Shown here: positions 10,681 through 20,063 of the stretch, in pieces
Layout: each line of letters begins with the position of its first letter
Numbering within the stretch: position 1 is the first letter of the stretch
NCBI GenBank assembly: GCA_012799455.1
Contig: JAAZLE010000014.1
Span: forward strand, 42,324-106,323
Source: Clostridiales bacterium
Lineage (GTDB): Bacteria > Bacillota > Clostridia > Christensenellales > DTU072
Length of the DNA: 64,000 nucleotides
Reading direction: 5' to 3'
The notes under the pieces: model-generated
The model's database searches: none
Told to the model about the DNA's origin: nothing
Seen by the model: only the letters and a program-made list of their open reading frames with translations
Translations under genes and position numbers: made by a program

Positions 10681-12048
10681 CTACCTGTATGTTCCATATT
10701 CTTGAGGCTCAAACTTCTCAAGAATTGAATAAAACGGTAATTTTTCTCTAGGCAAGTTTACATTTTCATTATCTCCAAAATATCTATTGGAAAAACCTTG
10801 CCATACCGTGTCATAATCGTAGGAAAAATATTCTGTCGTTTGATTAACTGAATATATGCTTGCGTCTAATTTTATAATAAACGATGCAAGCCCCTTCATC
10901 TCCCACTTTTCTTCGGTTTTAAATGTTCTAAAATAGCCGTTTTCATAAACAGAGAGCCCTATCTTAAGCCCTGAGTATAAAAGCGAGTAATCTTGCAAAT
11001 AACTTTTAAACATATCTGGAGTCATCTCTGTATAAAATTGTTCCGCAAAATATGTTGCGCTTTTTTCTGTACCTTTATTTGTATCGCAATCTATTTCAAA
11101 CTCAACATTATAATATGAAACATCATTGCCTTCCAGATCTTTTCCCATGTGCTTTGTTATTTCCACAGTTTCGCCCTTTATGGTGTCAAGATTAATCACA
11201 AATAAAGAAGCATCTTTTGCGCTTAAACCATACTCATCAAAATAATCTTCGGGATAGTTACGTATAAATTTACTCTTTTCCCTGGCCTCTTCTGTCCTCG
11301 TGATTTCATATTTTGTTCTAGTTCCAAAATTAGCAGTTGTACCTTCTTTTGTAATTACAGCAGAAGAAGGCTCACCATGACAAAGCACCCTATAATCTGG
11401 CATAACAATACCACGCCTAGCAAACGGAAGTGTCTTTCTTAAGAGAGGCTCGCCTAGATCTACGAGTGCTTCTGAACTTGCCGAAACCCCATCTGCTGGT
11501 ATTTGAGTGTATTCTTCTGACACCAAGTATTTTTCCGCATTAATTTTTTCTTCTAATGTTACGTTTATATTTTGGGGCCACATTAAGTTATAGTACGAAG
11601 AACTAATATTAATTTTTCCGTTTACCTCTACGTCTTTTACTAACGAACCAGTTACCATTCCTTTTGCCTCGCCACTACCAACCACATTTTTAGCACTAAA
11701 TAATGCTGTATCATTAGCAAGACAACCAATTCTATATATTATGTATGCAGCTAGTTTCTTTTTCTCTGCCGAAGCATCCATAGACATGCCTGCATCTATA
11801 TGTTCCATAAATAACTCAAACCTATTAGAATAATCTTCAAAATACGCACTTTCTCCTGTCACGACAGGGGCAAGACCAAAGCTTCCAAATCTTTCCCCTA
11901 ACACCGACTCCGTTGGCTTATTTCTAATCATCTCTGCGTAATACCAAAGAGTAAAGCCTAGGCCACTAGTCAAAACTATTACCGCTAAAACAATAAGCGT
12001 AATCCCTAGTTTTCCTATTTTTATTTTTCTTTTGTTTTCCACATCCAT
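10681..12048 (-). CDS. hypothetical protein with an N-terminal membrane anchor (455 aa)
   Basis: Long intact ORF with one N-terminal TM helix (LGITLIVLAVIVLTSGLGFTLWYY). No family recognised. Confidence 0.6.
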   Translation of the reverse strand: MDVENKRKIKIGKLGITLIVLAVIVLTSGLGFTLWYYAEMIRNKPTESVLGERFGSFGLAPVVTGESAYFEDYSNRFELFMEHIDAGMSMDASAEKKKLAAYIIYRIGCLANDTALFSAKNVVGSGEAKGMVTGSLVKDVEVNGKINISSSYYNLMWPQNINVTLEEKINAEKYLVSEEYTQIPADGVSASSEALVDLGEPLLRKTLPFARRGIVMPDYRVLCHGEPSSAVITKEGTTANFGTRTKYEITRTEEAREKSKFIRNYPEDYFDEYGLSAKDASLFVINLDTIKGETVEITKHMGKDLEGNDVSYYNVEFEIDCDTNKGTEKSATYFAEQFYTEMTPDMFKSYLQDYSLLYSGLKIGLSVYENGYFRTFKTEEKWEMKGLASFIIKLDASIYSVNQTTEYFSYDYDTVWQGFSNRYFGDNENVNLPREKLPFYSILEKFEPQEYGTYR

Positions 12049-12139
12049 ATGCTAAATATTACATACAAATGCTTAATTTAACAAGTTAAACGCAACCTAA
12101 CTACTAGTTTCTCTATTATCAGACCCTTTATATAAGACC

Positions 12140-12241
12140 AACCATTATCCTATCACATCCAATTAACATTCTTCCTTGTGACCGCTCTTTCACTGTATCG
12201 TCAGCAACCATTACCCTATCATATTCAATTAACATTCCTCC
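12140..12241. repeat. two 36-nt direct repeats (4 mismatches), 66 nt period
   Basis: AACCATTATCCTATCACATCCAATTAACATTCTTCC at 12140-12175 and AACCATTACCCTATCATATTCAATTAACATTCCTCC at 12206-12241. Both lie in the divergent intergenic region. Confidence 0.8.
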
Positions 12242-12312
12242 TAAACAAGTTGATTAATTTGTTGTATAATAGAGAAAGTATTTTTATTTTAATCAAGCGA
12301 AGGAGATTGTAA

Positions 12313-12987
12313 ATGGAAAACAAATCATTTTTAGCAAAACTAGTAGATAATAAGAAAATAGTAATTGGATCCATGATTTTTGCCTTAATATATGCTTTAA
12401 TCTATGGTATTGGTTTAAGCTACGCAGTAGGAGGAAATCCCATTACTCATACCATTAGCATGATAGGCAGATCAACAATCCTTGGAAGATTTCCTACACT
12501 TTTTGTTTTCTTTGGTATCGTTACAAATATATCATTACTTTTAAACATTAACTACGCCTACAATCGCGAAGGGTTTATAAATACAAAAGCTGGTAAAATA
12601 GGTAACATATGTGCATATATTGGAGTCCTTTGCTTAACAATATGCACACTAATACCTTCAATTGAATTTGATGAAGTAGTTGATGTTAAAACCACATTTC
12701 AAGTTATTGGCCACTGGTCTGGAGCGCTGCTTTTCGGCGTCTTCTTTGCAATATCAATCTGCATATACCTACTGATGGAAAGGAAAAAATACAAGTATTT
12801 TCTAACCACATTCATAGCATTTGTAACTCTCCTTGCAGGTCTTGTTATCAGCATTTTCTTTTTGCCAAATAACAAAAATGGTCTCGTTGAAATAGTACCC
12901 ATTTGCCTTGCTATGCTTATCATGATTTTTGTCAATGCAGACGTATACCCCAAACTCTCCCCACCAACTGAAACAGACAATAATTAA
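12313..12987 (+). CDS. hypothetical polytopic membrane protein (224 aa)
   Basis: About 6 hydrophobic helices. GAAGGAG RBS 8 nt upstream of the ATG. No family recognised. Confidence 0.65.
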   Translation: MENKSFLAKLVDNKKIVIGSMIFALIYALIYGIGLSYAVGGNPITHTISMIGRSTILGRFPTLFVFFGIVTNISLLLNINYAYNREGFINTKAGKIGNICAYIGVLCLTICTLIPSIEFDEVVDVKTTFQVIGHWSGALLFGVFFAISICIYLLMERKKYKYFLTTFIAFVTLLAGLVISIFFLPNNKNGLVEIVPICLAMLIMIFVNADVYPKLSPPTETDNN

Positions 12988-13020
12988 CCTCTTTTAACTC
13001 CATATAATTTATCTAGAACA

Positions 13021-13050
13021 AAGGGCTGCACGTTGTATTGTACAGCCCTT
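13021..13050. terminator. hairpin between convergent genes (bidirectional terminator candidate)
   Basis: AAGGGCTGCAC-GTTGTATT-GTACAGCCCTT. T-rich tails on both strands are weak. Confidence 0.5.
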
Positions 13051-13087
13051 TCTACATAATCAAGTCATGATGTCGCCTACTAAATTA

Positions 13088-14269
13088 CTATTGTCTAAAC
13101 ATAATCTTTTCGTTATTAAACATTTTGCCCAAAACAAAAATACCAAGTCCGGTATAAACTAGATTCATAACAATTGTCATTACAAAATATCCCACATTGA
13201 AACTCTTTGACAATATTTGTGCTAAACATTGAACGGAATTAAAAATAGGAATTAGTGTCAGTGCTAAATTTGTAGAAGAAACCATCCCAAGCATTGTTGG
13301 AAACGCAGCAGCCACAACAACTAGCATAATAGGACCAGTGAAACTAGTTGCCTCCTTAACGCTCTTTGCCATAGTAGAAAGTATGCACATGAGTAATGTC
13401 AGTAACATCACAGTGCTAATTAAAATAGCCAACACCCCAAAATAATCTCCTGCAGAATACATATTTACTTCTAATTCTACGCCTGCCATCATAGAAGGGA
13501 GAGCCACAATTACGCCTATGAAACTAGAAAAACCACTCGCAAGAGAAGCTATACTTAAAGCTGCAGCCTTACCTAGGGCTAGTTCACTTCTTTTAATTGG
13601 CGTAACTAAGAGTGCCGCAATAGTTCCTCTTTCCTTTTCCCCAGCTATAGACTCAGTTACTACACCCATAGATCCTGCAGATAAAAAGATTACTAGCATC
13701 CCTGGTAAAATCATACTTATAAGCATGATGCCTATGTCTGTAGGTTTCGCAGTATCTTTTAAATCAATATCAAACTTGTTTATAGCAATCATTGCCCCTT
13801 CCAACTCATCTAAAAACATGGAGTACATGCTATATACTTTGGAAGAATCTGTCTTGGCTGAGTTAAAATGCAATTCAATTTTAGGCGCTGGTACGCTTGA
13901 ATCTGCATCATGTGCATTAACTTTATCCCAAAAATCCTTTTCAAACACAACTAATAAGTCTACATCGCCTTTCTCAATTTGTTCTAAAACATACTCTTTG
14001 GTGGTATCCCCTATATCTACAACAGAACCTGGTATAGTTTTATGGAATGTTTCTATGCTTTGAGTTTCAGGCATAGATGCAACTATTGCAGGTTGATTAA
14101 CAGTAATTACAGAATAGGTTGTCTTTTTCTCTATGTTTTTTATGATTGCCCCTATACTAGTGTACACAACCATCATTATTATACCTGGCATTACCAGTGC
14201 TAAAATCATTCTGGGGTCAGTGAGGAATCTTTTTAGTTCTTTTTTAATTACTGTTAGTACGTTTTTCAT
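13088..14269 (-). CDS. ABC-2 type transporter permease (NatB-like)
   Basis: MKNVLTVIKKELKRFLTDPRM, a large extracytoplasmic loop, then a 5-TM ABC-2 domain. The start at 14269 is preceded by GGGAGGTGGAG and overlaps the end of the upstream ATPase gene. Confidence 0.8.
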   Translation of the reverse strand: MKNVLTVIKKELKRFLTDPRMILALVMPGIIMMVVYTSIGAIIKNIEKKTTYSVITVNQPAIVASMPETQSIETFHKTIPGSVVDIGDTTKEYVLEQIEKGDVDLLVVFEKDFWDKVNAHDADSSVPAPKIELHFNSAKTDSSKVYSMYSMFLDELEGAMIAINKFDIDLKDTAKPTDIGIMLISMILPGMLVIFLSAGSMGVVTESIAGEKERGTIAALLVTPIKRSELALGKAAALSIASLASGFSSFIGVIVALPSMMAGVELEVNMYSAGDYFGVLAILISTVMLLTLLMCILSTMAKSVKEATSFTGPIMLVVVAAAFPTMLGMVSSTNLALTLIPIFNSVQCLAQILSKSFNVGYFVMTIVMNLVYTGLGIFVLGKMFNNEKIMFRQ

Positions 14270-15035
14270 TGAACTCCACCTCCCTTGCACTTTCTATAAA
14301 AATGGTTTCTAGGTCTTTTTCCTTTGTTAGTTCATCCACCCTTCCCTCGACAACCATCTTGCCACGCATAATAATACCAACTCTATCACACACTTTTTCA
14401 ATGAGTGAAAGAACATGTGATGATAAAATAATCGTTTTACCTTCATCTCGCATTCTAAGTAAAAAGTCAGTAACTGTCTTAGCCGTTGTAACATCTAGCC
14501 CGTTAGTAGGCTCATCAAAAACTATTAAATCAGGGTCGTGCAGTATAGACATGGCAAGTGATGTTTTTTGCTTCATACCCGATGAAAGATCGGAAATCTT
14601 TACTTCAGCAAATTCATCGATACCAAACATTTTGAAAAGTTCTTCTTTTCTACTTTTAATCTTATCTTCGCTCATCCCGTATAAACTTGCAAAAAAATCA
14701 AATAAATAGTTAGGGGTAAAAAACGCTTCCAATTTCATATCACTAGTTAAAAAGCCGATCTTTCCCCTCACCTTACCCGCATCTTTTACCACACTTAAAC
14801 CATCAATAATTACATCGCCTTCATCTGGTTTTATAAGCGTAGCAATAACTCTAAGTGTAGTAGTCTTCCCAGCACCATTAGGTCCAAGTAAGCCATAGAT
14901 TTCTCCCTTATACGCCTCAAAAGACAAACCATCAACAGCCTTTCTCACTTTATCTTTAGTTTTCTCCAGCTTCTGCTGTTTAGCTGACAGTTTAAATGTC
15001 TTTTTCAGATTTATAACTTTTAATCCTTCAACCAT
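14244..15035 (-). CDS. ABC transporter ATP-binding protein (NatA-like)
   Basis: Walker A GPNGAGKTT, signature LSSGMKQK, Walker B LIVFDEP. The start ATG at 15035 is preceded by AAGGAGAGAG. Confidence 0.9.
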   Translation of the reverse strand: MVEGLKVINLKKTFKLSAKQQKLEKTKDKVRKAVDGLSFEAYKGEIYGLLGPNGAGKTTTLRVIATLIKPDEGDVIIDGLSVVKDAGKVRGKIGFLTSDMKLEAFFTPNYLFDFFASLYGMSEDKIKSRKEELFKMFGIDEFAEVKISDLSSGMKQKTSLAMSILHDPDLIVFDEPTNGLDVTTAKTVTDFLLRMRDEGKTIILSSHVLSLIEKVCDRVGIIMRGKMVVEGRVDELTKEKDLETIFIESAREVEFNEKRTNSN

Positions 15036-15217
15036 TACTCTCTCCTTGTAGATTAATACGTTAATTTTATCACTTAAGTACTTATGCAACAATATAAAGT
15101 CATGTAAAGAACATGTAAAACTTTTATTAAGTTAGATAAGAAAACATTTTATTAATGTAAACCTTTTATAAATATGCAGTATCAAAAACATCTCAAAATC
15201 TTTATCACTGTCGCTAA

Positions 15218-15955
15218 TTAAAACTTATAATACTTAGAGTCTAAAAAAATGCTTTTATCGTGGTAGTATAGAGCATTTATAATATTTTCGATCACCACCG
15301 GGCCATCAACAAACCTTTGCTTAACTTTTTCAAGCATATCATTATGCTCGTCGCTTATATTTTTCTCATAAAGTTGAAAGGTATGTTTTATAGGCCAACC
15401 AGTAATATATCGAGCTAATGTTTCGGTTAAAACCTCATCAAGCCATTCATCTAATCCCCATTTTTTATCAAAGCTTTTATCGACAGGGTTATCTGTATTT
15501 TCCCAAGGAGACAACCCTACTCGCCATTCAGTGGGCTCCTGTCTCTCTTTTGTATATTTATACTCGGTAAACGCATAATGAATCAGCTCATGCACAATAA
15601 TATGTCTAAGCCTCTTTTTGTCTTTTAGAAGATTTAATACATCTAGTTTTACTCCTGTATAACAAATTGGTTCTGCATATTTATTTATTACTATTTCGTT
15701 ATCTTCTGGATAAAAAGAGCCACCACTATGGCCCACGTTTTCATTGTCTATATTTACTGCAATAACTAGATTGTTTTTCTTATAATTGTTGGGATAGTTG
15801 CAAACAATGGGATACACAACCTTTCTTAGGTGTTTATCAGCCCATTTATATGCACGCTCAACAACTCGCATTGCTCTATTAATCTCCAACCAAGATTTTT
15901 TGCTTTCTTGTAGATTTGTATAAAAACTAATTGTGTATTTCAACTGGCTTTTCAT
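15218..15955 (-). CDS. hypothetical HExxH-motif protein (putative zinc metallopeptidase-like), no signal peptide
   Basis: IIVHELIHYAF motif. No other family features recognised. Confidence 0.5.
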   Translation of the reverse strand: MKSQLKYTISFYTNLQESKKSWLEINRAMRVVERAYKWADKHLRKVVYPIVCNYPNNYKKNNLVIAVNIDNENVGHSGGSFYPEDNEIVINKYAEPICYTGVKLDVLNLLKDKKRLRHIIVHELIHYAFTEYKYTKERQEPTEWRVGLSPWENTDNPVDKSFDKKWGLDEWLDEVLTETLARYITGWPIKHTFQLYEKNISDEHNDMLEKVKQRFVDGPVVIENIINALYYHDKSIFLDSKYYKF

Positions 15956-15968
15956 CCTTAATATAATC

Positions 15969-17420
15969 TTACTGCGCTAAATAACACAGTGCTTCCAAAT
16001 GCTTTGTTTGAGCAAACATATCATATGGGACAATTGATTTTATGTTCAAAAAAGATGTCAGCTTCGCTAAATCTCTTGCTAGTGTTGCAGGGTTACATGA
16101 AATATATACTACCCTTAAACTAGGATAAATTGTTTTTAATTTTTCAATTGCAACAATCACTTCTTCCGAGACGCCTTTTCTTGGCGGGTCTAATAAAACC
16201 ACAACATCATTATAACTTTGGAATATGGAGGAGGCTTTTTTGATACTTTCTTCAGAATCATTTGAAGCTAATTTATCATTACTTGAGTCTAGAGCCCGAT
16301 GAGATTGATTTACTAAAATCGCCTCAGCTAATCTTGGTAAAACGAATGTACTATCTCCACAAATATTATATGCCTTATGGTCAATTCCGTTTAGTTTGTA
16401 AAGAATATTTGCATCATCAATAGCTTCTGATATTTCGTCAATATTAATGATTTGGGCTCCACTTTTAGCCATTATTGCACCCATTATGCCAACTCCACTA
16501 TATGCATCAATTACTATGGTTTGTTCTGAAGGGTTAATTATTTTGATTACATCTTCATAAAGCTTTTCTCTTATATTATCATTGACTTGGAAAAACGATA
16601 ATGGATTTAAACTAGTTTTTATACCCATGACAGAGAGCGATTGGGGAATATTTTTTATCTCAAAAGTCTCATTTCCCATTATTACATTTGTAGTTTCTTT
16701 GTTGATGTTTATATACAAGCTCGTGTTTTTATATATCGCATTTAATGCGTCATAGAAACTATTGATATTTGGTAGATTTTTACTGGTTGAAACTAAAGTA
16801 ACGCAAATGTTGCTATCAATGTTACGAATAACTAAATGTCTCAGCAAGCCTTTCCCTTTGAAATATACTCTGATTTTATTATCGTTTACATAGTCTAGTG
16901 TGGCTTTCATTATTGGTGTTAACCAAGACCCGTGCAATAAGCACTCATCTATTGGGCAAATATCGTTTGAGCCTTTTTTATAAAACCCAAGTACTACTTT
17001 CCCTTTAACAACGCCAAACGGTAATTGTACCTTATTTCTATATCCCATATTAGGAATAGATGGAATTACTTCCTCTACTTGAAAAGGCACTTTAACCATT
17101 TTAGACAGTGTATTAATTACTGAATTTCTTTTGTACTTTAATTGCTCTTTATAGTCTAAATGTAAATAATCACAACCACCACATTCAAGAAAATATTTGC
17201 AAACAGGTTCTATTCTATGTTTTGACTTCATTAAAACTTCAACTAGTTTTGCAAAAGCAATTGGCTTAGATGATGGTATATGTACTATTTCCGCCCTAAC
17301 CTTTTCTCCTACTAAAGCAAAAGGAACAAACACTGTATAATCGCTTATGTGAGCTATGCCCTCGGCATTAACTCCTATATCCGTTATTTCGACTTCTACT
17401 ATCTGACCTTTTTTTAACAT
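15969..17420 (-). CDS. 23S rRNA (uracil-C5)-methyltransferase, RumA/RlmCD family
   Basis: N-terminal TRAM domain (GQIVEVEITDIGVNAEGIAH). Fe-S Cys cluster CKYFLECGGCDYLHL. SAM-methyltransferase C-terminus (DPPRKG...ISCNPATLARD). Confidence 0.85.
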   Translation of the reverse strand: MLKKGQIVEVEITDIGVNAEGIAHISDYTVFVPFALVGEKVRAEIVHIPSSKPIAFAKLVEVLMKSKHRIEPVCKYFLECGGCDYLHLDYKEQLKYKRNSVINTLSKMVKVPFQVEEVIPSIPNMGYRNKVQLPFGVVKGKVVLGFYKKGSNDICPIDECLLHGSWLTPIMKATLDYVNDNKIRVYFKGKGLLRHLVIRNIDSNICVTLVSTSKNLPNINSFYDALNAIYKNTSLYININKETTNVIMGNETFEIKNIPQSLSVMGIKTSLNPLSFFQVNDNIREKLYEDVIKIINPSEQTIVIDAYSGVGIMGAIMAKSGAQIINIDEISEAIDDANILYKLNGIDHKAYNICGDSTFVLPRLAEAILVNQSHRALDSSNDKLASNDSEESIKKASSIFQSYNDVVVLLDPPRKGVSEEVIVAIEKLKTIYPSLRVVYISCNPATLARDLAKLTSFLNIKSIVPYDMFAQTKHLEALCYLAQ

Positions 17421-17438
17421 GCTTACATTAGCTCCACT

Positions 17439-18704
17439 TTATCTGCGACCATTTAAAACTCTTGCTATTCCTGCGATAGCACCTTCTTTAGCCGATATCT
17501 TTATCCCGCCCGGATAGAGTTTTTGCAACCTTTCCATAACATATGGTACTTTTGAAAGACCACCTGTAAGCGTAATTTTTGTTATCTTTCTATCCGATAT
17601 ATTCTCAATCAGTGCTATCTTATCTTGTATTTCTTTAATTAACGAATCGTAAAACGTCCTAGCTAGATCAAATAGACATGCATCTTTTAGTTTTAATTGG
17701 TTTAATATTTGAGCTTTCATATCACGAGGCTTATCTAATGTCATCAAATTAAGTTGTCCTAAATTTTTAGCAGATATAATTTTACTGTCTATTTCCTTGT
17801 ATGTTAACCCTTCGCTTTCTGCGACTAAACGTTGAATAACAAATAAACCATTCATGTTATTTAAGAGCAATACACTATTGTTATAACCTCTTTCATTGGT
17901 GAATTTACTATTAAAAACAGCTTCTGTCACTAAAGGTTTTTTTAGCACTATACCAATCAAAACCCAACTTCCGCTAGATATAAAAACAGTTTCATCATCT
18001 AGGTCTTCCATAGCATAAATTGCAGATGCTGTATCATGGCTACACACTGCTACAACATCTACATTTTTATATTTGCCAATTAAATCCCCCGGGAAAATCA
18101 ACTCTGGAAACATTTCTTTTTTAAGCCCTATGTCTTCTATCAAATTAGCATCCCAAGATTTTCCTGTTAAAGAAAGTAGTCCTGTTGTAGACGCATTTGT
18201 TTGTTCTACAAAAATATTCCCAGTTAAATAATATGCAAACAAATCTGCCATCATGACAAACTTAAGACTATCGTCTCTACTATAACGACCATCTCGTATG
18301 TCTGCCATCAATTGATAATTTGTATTGATTTTTAAAGGGTATATAGCTGACCTCAAAAATGTTTCTTTTAGATTACTTCCTTTGATTGTTTTCTCTGTTC
18401 TTAAGTCCCTATAACTTATAGGTAAATCAAATAGTTTTCCGTCACTACTAATAAGTCCATAATCAACACCCCAGCTGCATATACCAATAGATGAAACAAT
18501 TTGTTTTTCTAATATTTTATCGATAGCATTTTTAACCTTTAAGAATAAAGTTTTAACATCCCATCTATATGTACTTCCAATTAAAACTGGACTATGCTCA
18601 AACCTATACAACTCCTCAAATGAGGAGTCTCCTTCAATCAACATTACTCTTGCTGATGAACTTCCAAAATCTATTGCTATGTGTTTTCTATCACTTTTTG
18701 ACAT
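17439..18704 (-). CDS. FGGY-family sugar kinase (rhamnulokinase / L-fuculokinase-like)
   Basis: HIAIDFGSSSARVMLIEG N-terminal phosphate-1 motif. Lies directly downstream of fucI and the aldolase. Confidence 0.72.
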   Translation of the reverse strand: MSKSDRKHIAIDFGSSSARVMLIEGDSSFEELYRFEHSPVLIGSTYRWDVKTLFLKVKNAIDKILEKQIVSSIGICSWGVDYGLISSDGKLFDLPISYRDLRTEKTIKGSNLKETFLRSAIYPLKINTNYQLMADIRDGRYSRDDSLKFVMMADLFAYYLTGNIFVEQTNASTTGLLSLTGKSWDANLIEDIGLKKEMFPELIFPGDLIGKYKNVDVVAVCSHDTASAIYAMEDLDDETVFISSGSWVLIGIVLKKPLVTEAVFNSKFTNERGYNNSVLLLNNMNGLFVIQRLVAESEGLTYKEIDSKIISAKNLGQLNLMTLDKPRDMKAQILNQLKLKDACLFDLARTFYDSLIKEIQDKIALIENISDRKITKITLTGGLSKVPYVMERLQKLYPGGIKISAKEGAIAGIARVLNGRR

Positions 18705-18726
18705 ACCTATATTCCTTAAAAGCTAA

Positions 18727-20004
18727 TTACCACCCATCAAAGACACTATTTATGTCATCAACTTCGCTTTGATTTATGGGAACTATTTCTGCAACCTGTT
18801 TAGCCTTGACTACGGACCTTGCAGAAAAATCAATGACTTCCATTCTATCAAACGCCTTTATTGGATTTTTACCAATAGTTATGACACATTCATTGTCGAT
18901 GACAATACTTGGACATTCTCTAGAAATAATCAGCGCTATTTCTTCTTTTGACTTGCCGTTTGCTACTTGTGCTACATCTTTTAGCATTATATAACTTTCT
19001 GGAATTAATCTACTGTTAAAAAGTTTACCAGCGACAGCAAATCCCATAATCGCATTAGGAGTAGAAATAAATACGGTTTCTGCACACTCATTTGATTTAA
19101 AAATCTCTTCTATTAAAGCTATGTATGCAACTATATCTTTACACTTAATTTCTTCCCCACCTAAGGTTTGGCTAAATTGTCCATCCTTATATTTAATAAA
19201 ATCATTTTCTGTAATATCTTCACGGTTAACACTATCTGGATTAATTATGATTTCGCCCATAGAGTTTTTACTCGCCATAGTTCCTGAGTACGAAGAAACA
19301 AGTTTTTGTCTAAAACTACGCTTTAAAAGTTTAGCTAAGATCTTAGCCTTTTCCATATCTTCTTCAGTTATATTAGAAACGTATGTACTAGTTTTTCTAG
19401 AATAATCGGTAATATCTTCGATGGTATTAATTCCACCTAACATCGCAGCGTTTAACATAGTCTCCGCGCAATCATTTAGTGCTTCGTATTTTACGTATGC
19501 ATCGTTTAAATCAGTACCTCCTACCGTTGCACCATGGCTATCCATCATTACCGTATTAAATCCTTTTTCAAATTCTTCTTTTACAATATCGCCAAGTTCT
19601 AAAGACCCTGGAATTTCATATCTAGAGTCTGATATATCACCTAGCACTTTACGGTATATTGGGGCTATTTTACTACTTGGCGATTTACGAGCTATTGCGT
19701 ATGCAACAACCTCTGGCGCATGAGCATGAACTACACCTTTAATGTCAGGTCTTAATTTGTAAATATTCGAATGAAAGGGTAACTCAATCGATGGTTTATG
19801 TTTCCCGTTTATCTTTCCACACGGCAATACCTCAACAATATCATCTATAGTTAAACCCCCTTTATCAATAGAACTAGGAGTGATATATATCACACCTTCA
19901 TCGGATATTGCACTAATGTTTCCACCGCTTGTAGTGGTTAACATGTTTCTATAAACTCTGTTCATTGTATCTAAAACAGCTTGCTTTGTTTCTTGATTAT
20001 TCAT
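18727..20004 (-). CDS. class II aldolase/adducin-fold protein, double length (425 aa): L-fuculose-phosphate aldolase-like N-half plus a degenerate second half
   Basis: The N-half carries GVVHAHAPEVVAYA and MMDSHGATVGG (metal-ligand His residues). The C-half has a similar layout, but FISTPNAIMGFA and IVIDNECVIT occupy the equivalent places. Confidence 0.72.
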   Translation of the reverse strand: MNNQETKQAVLDTMNRVYRNMLTTTSGGNISAISDEGVIYITPSSIDKGGLTIDDIVEVLPCGKINGKHKPSIELPFHSNIYKLRPDIKGVVHAHAPEVVAYAIARKSPSSKIAPIYRKVLGDISDSRYEIPGSLELGDIVKEEFEKGFNTVMMDSHGATVGGTDLNDAYVKYEALNDCAETMLNAAMLGGINTIEDITDYSRKTSTYVSNITEEDMEKAKILAKLLKRSFRQKLVSSYSGTMASKNSMGEIIINPDSVNREDITENDFIKYKDGQFSQTLGGEEIKCKDIVAYIALIEEIFKSNECAETVFISTPNAIMGFAVAGKLFNSRLIPESYIMLKDVAQVANGKSKEEIALIISRECPSIVIDNECVITIGKNPIKAFDRMEVIDFSARSVVKAKQVAEIVPINQSEVDDINSVFDGW

Positions 20005-20063
20005 CCTTAAACTTTACTCCTATATTGTTTTAAGCCTACCTTTAAGGCAGGCTTTTTGCTTAA

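Noticed and set aside
12128-12235. 35-codon minus-strand ORF with an internally duplicated peptide (MLIEYDRVMV / MLIGCDRIMV)
   Set aside because: The SD-like GGAGGA is only 1 nt from the ATG. The open frame is a by-product of a 66-nt (in-frame) DNA direct repeat. It is reported only as part of the repeat finding.
13518-14063. 181-aa plus-strand ORF. The same class includes 34656-35291, 36644-37165, 31310-31762, 4610-4987, 5009-5395, 39655-40101 and others.
   Set aside because: These are shadow ORFs, entirely antisense to long, well-supported genes (ABC permeases, ilvD, the surface protein, the M20 peptidase). They have low-complexity Ser/Ile/Leu-rich translations and no RBS.
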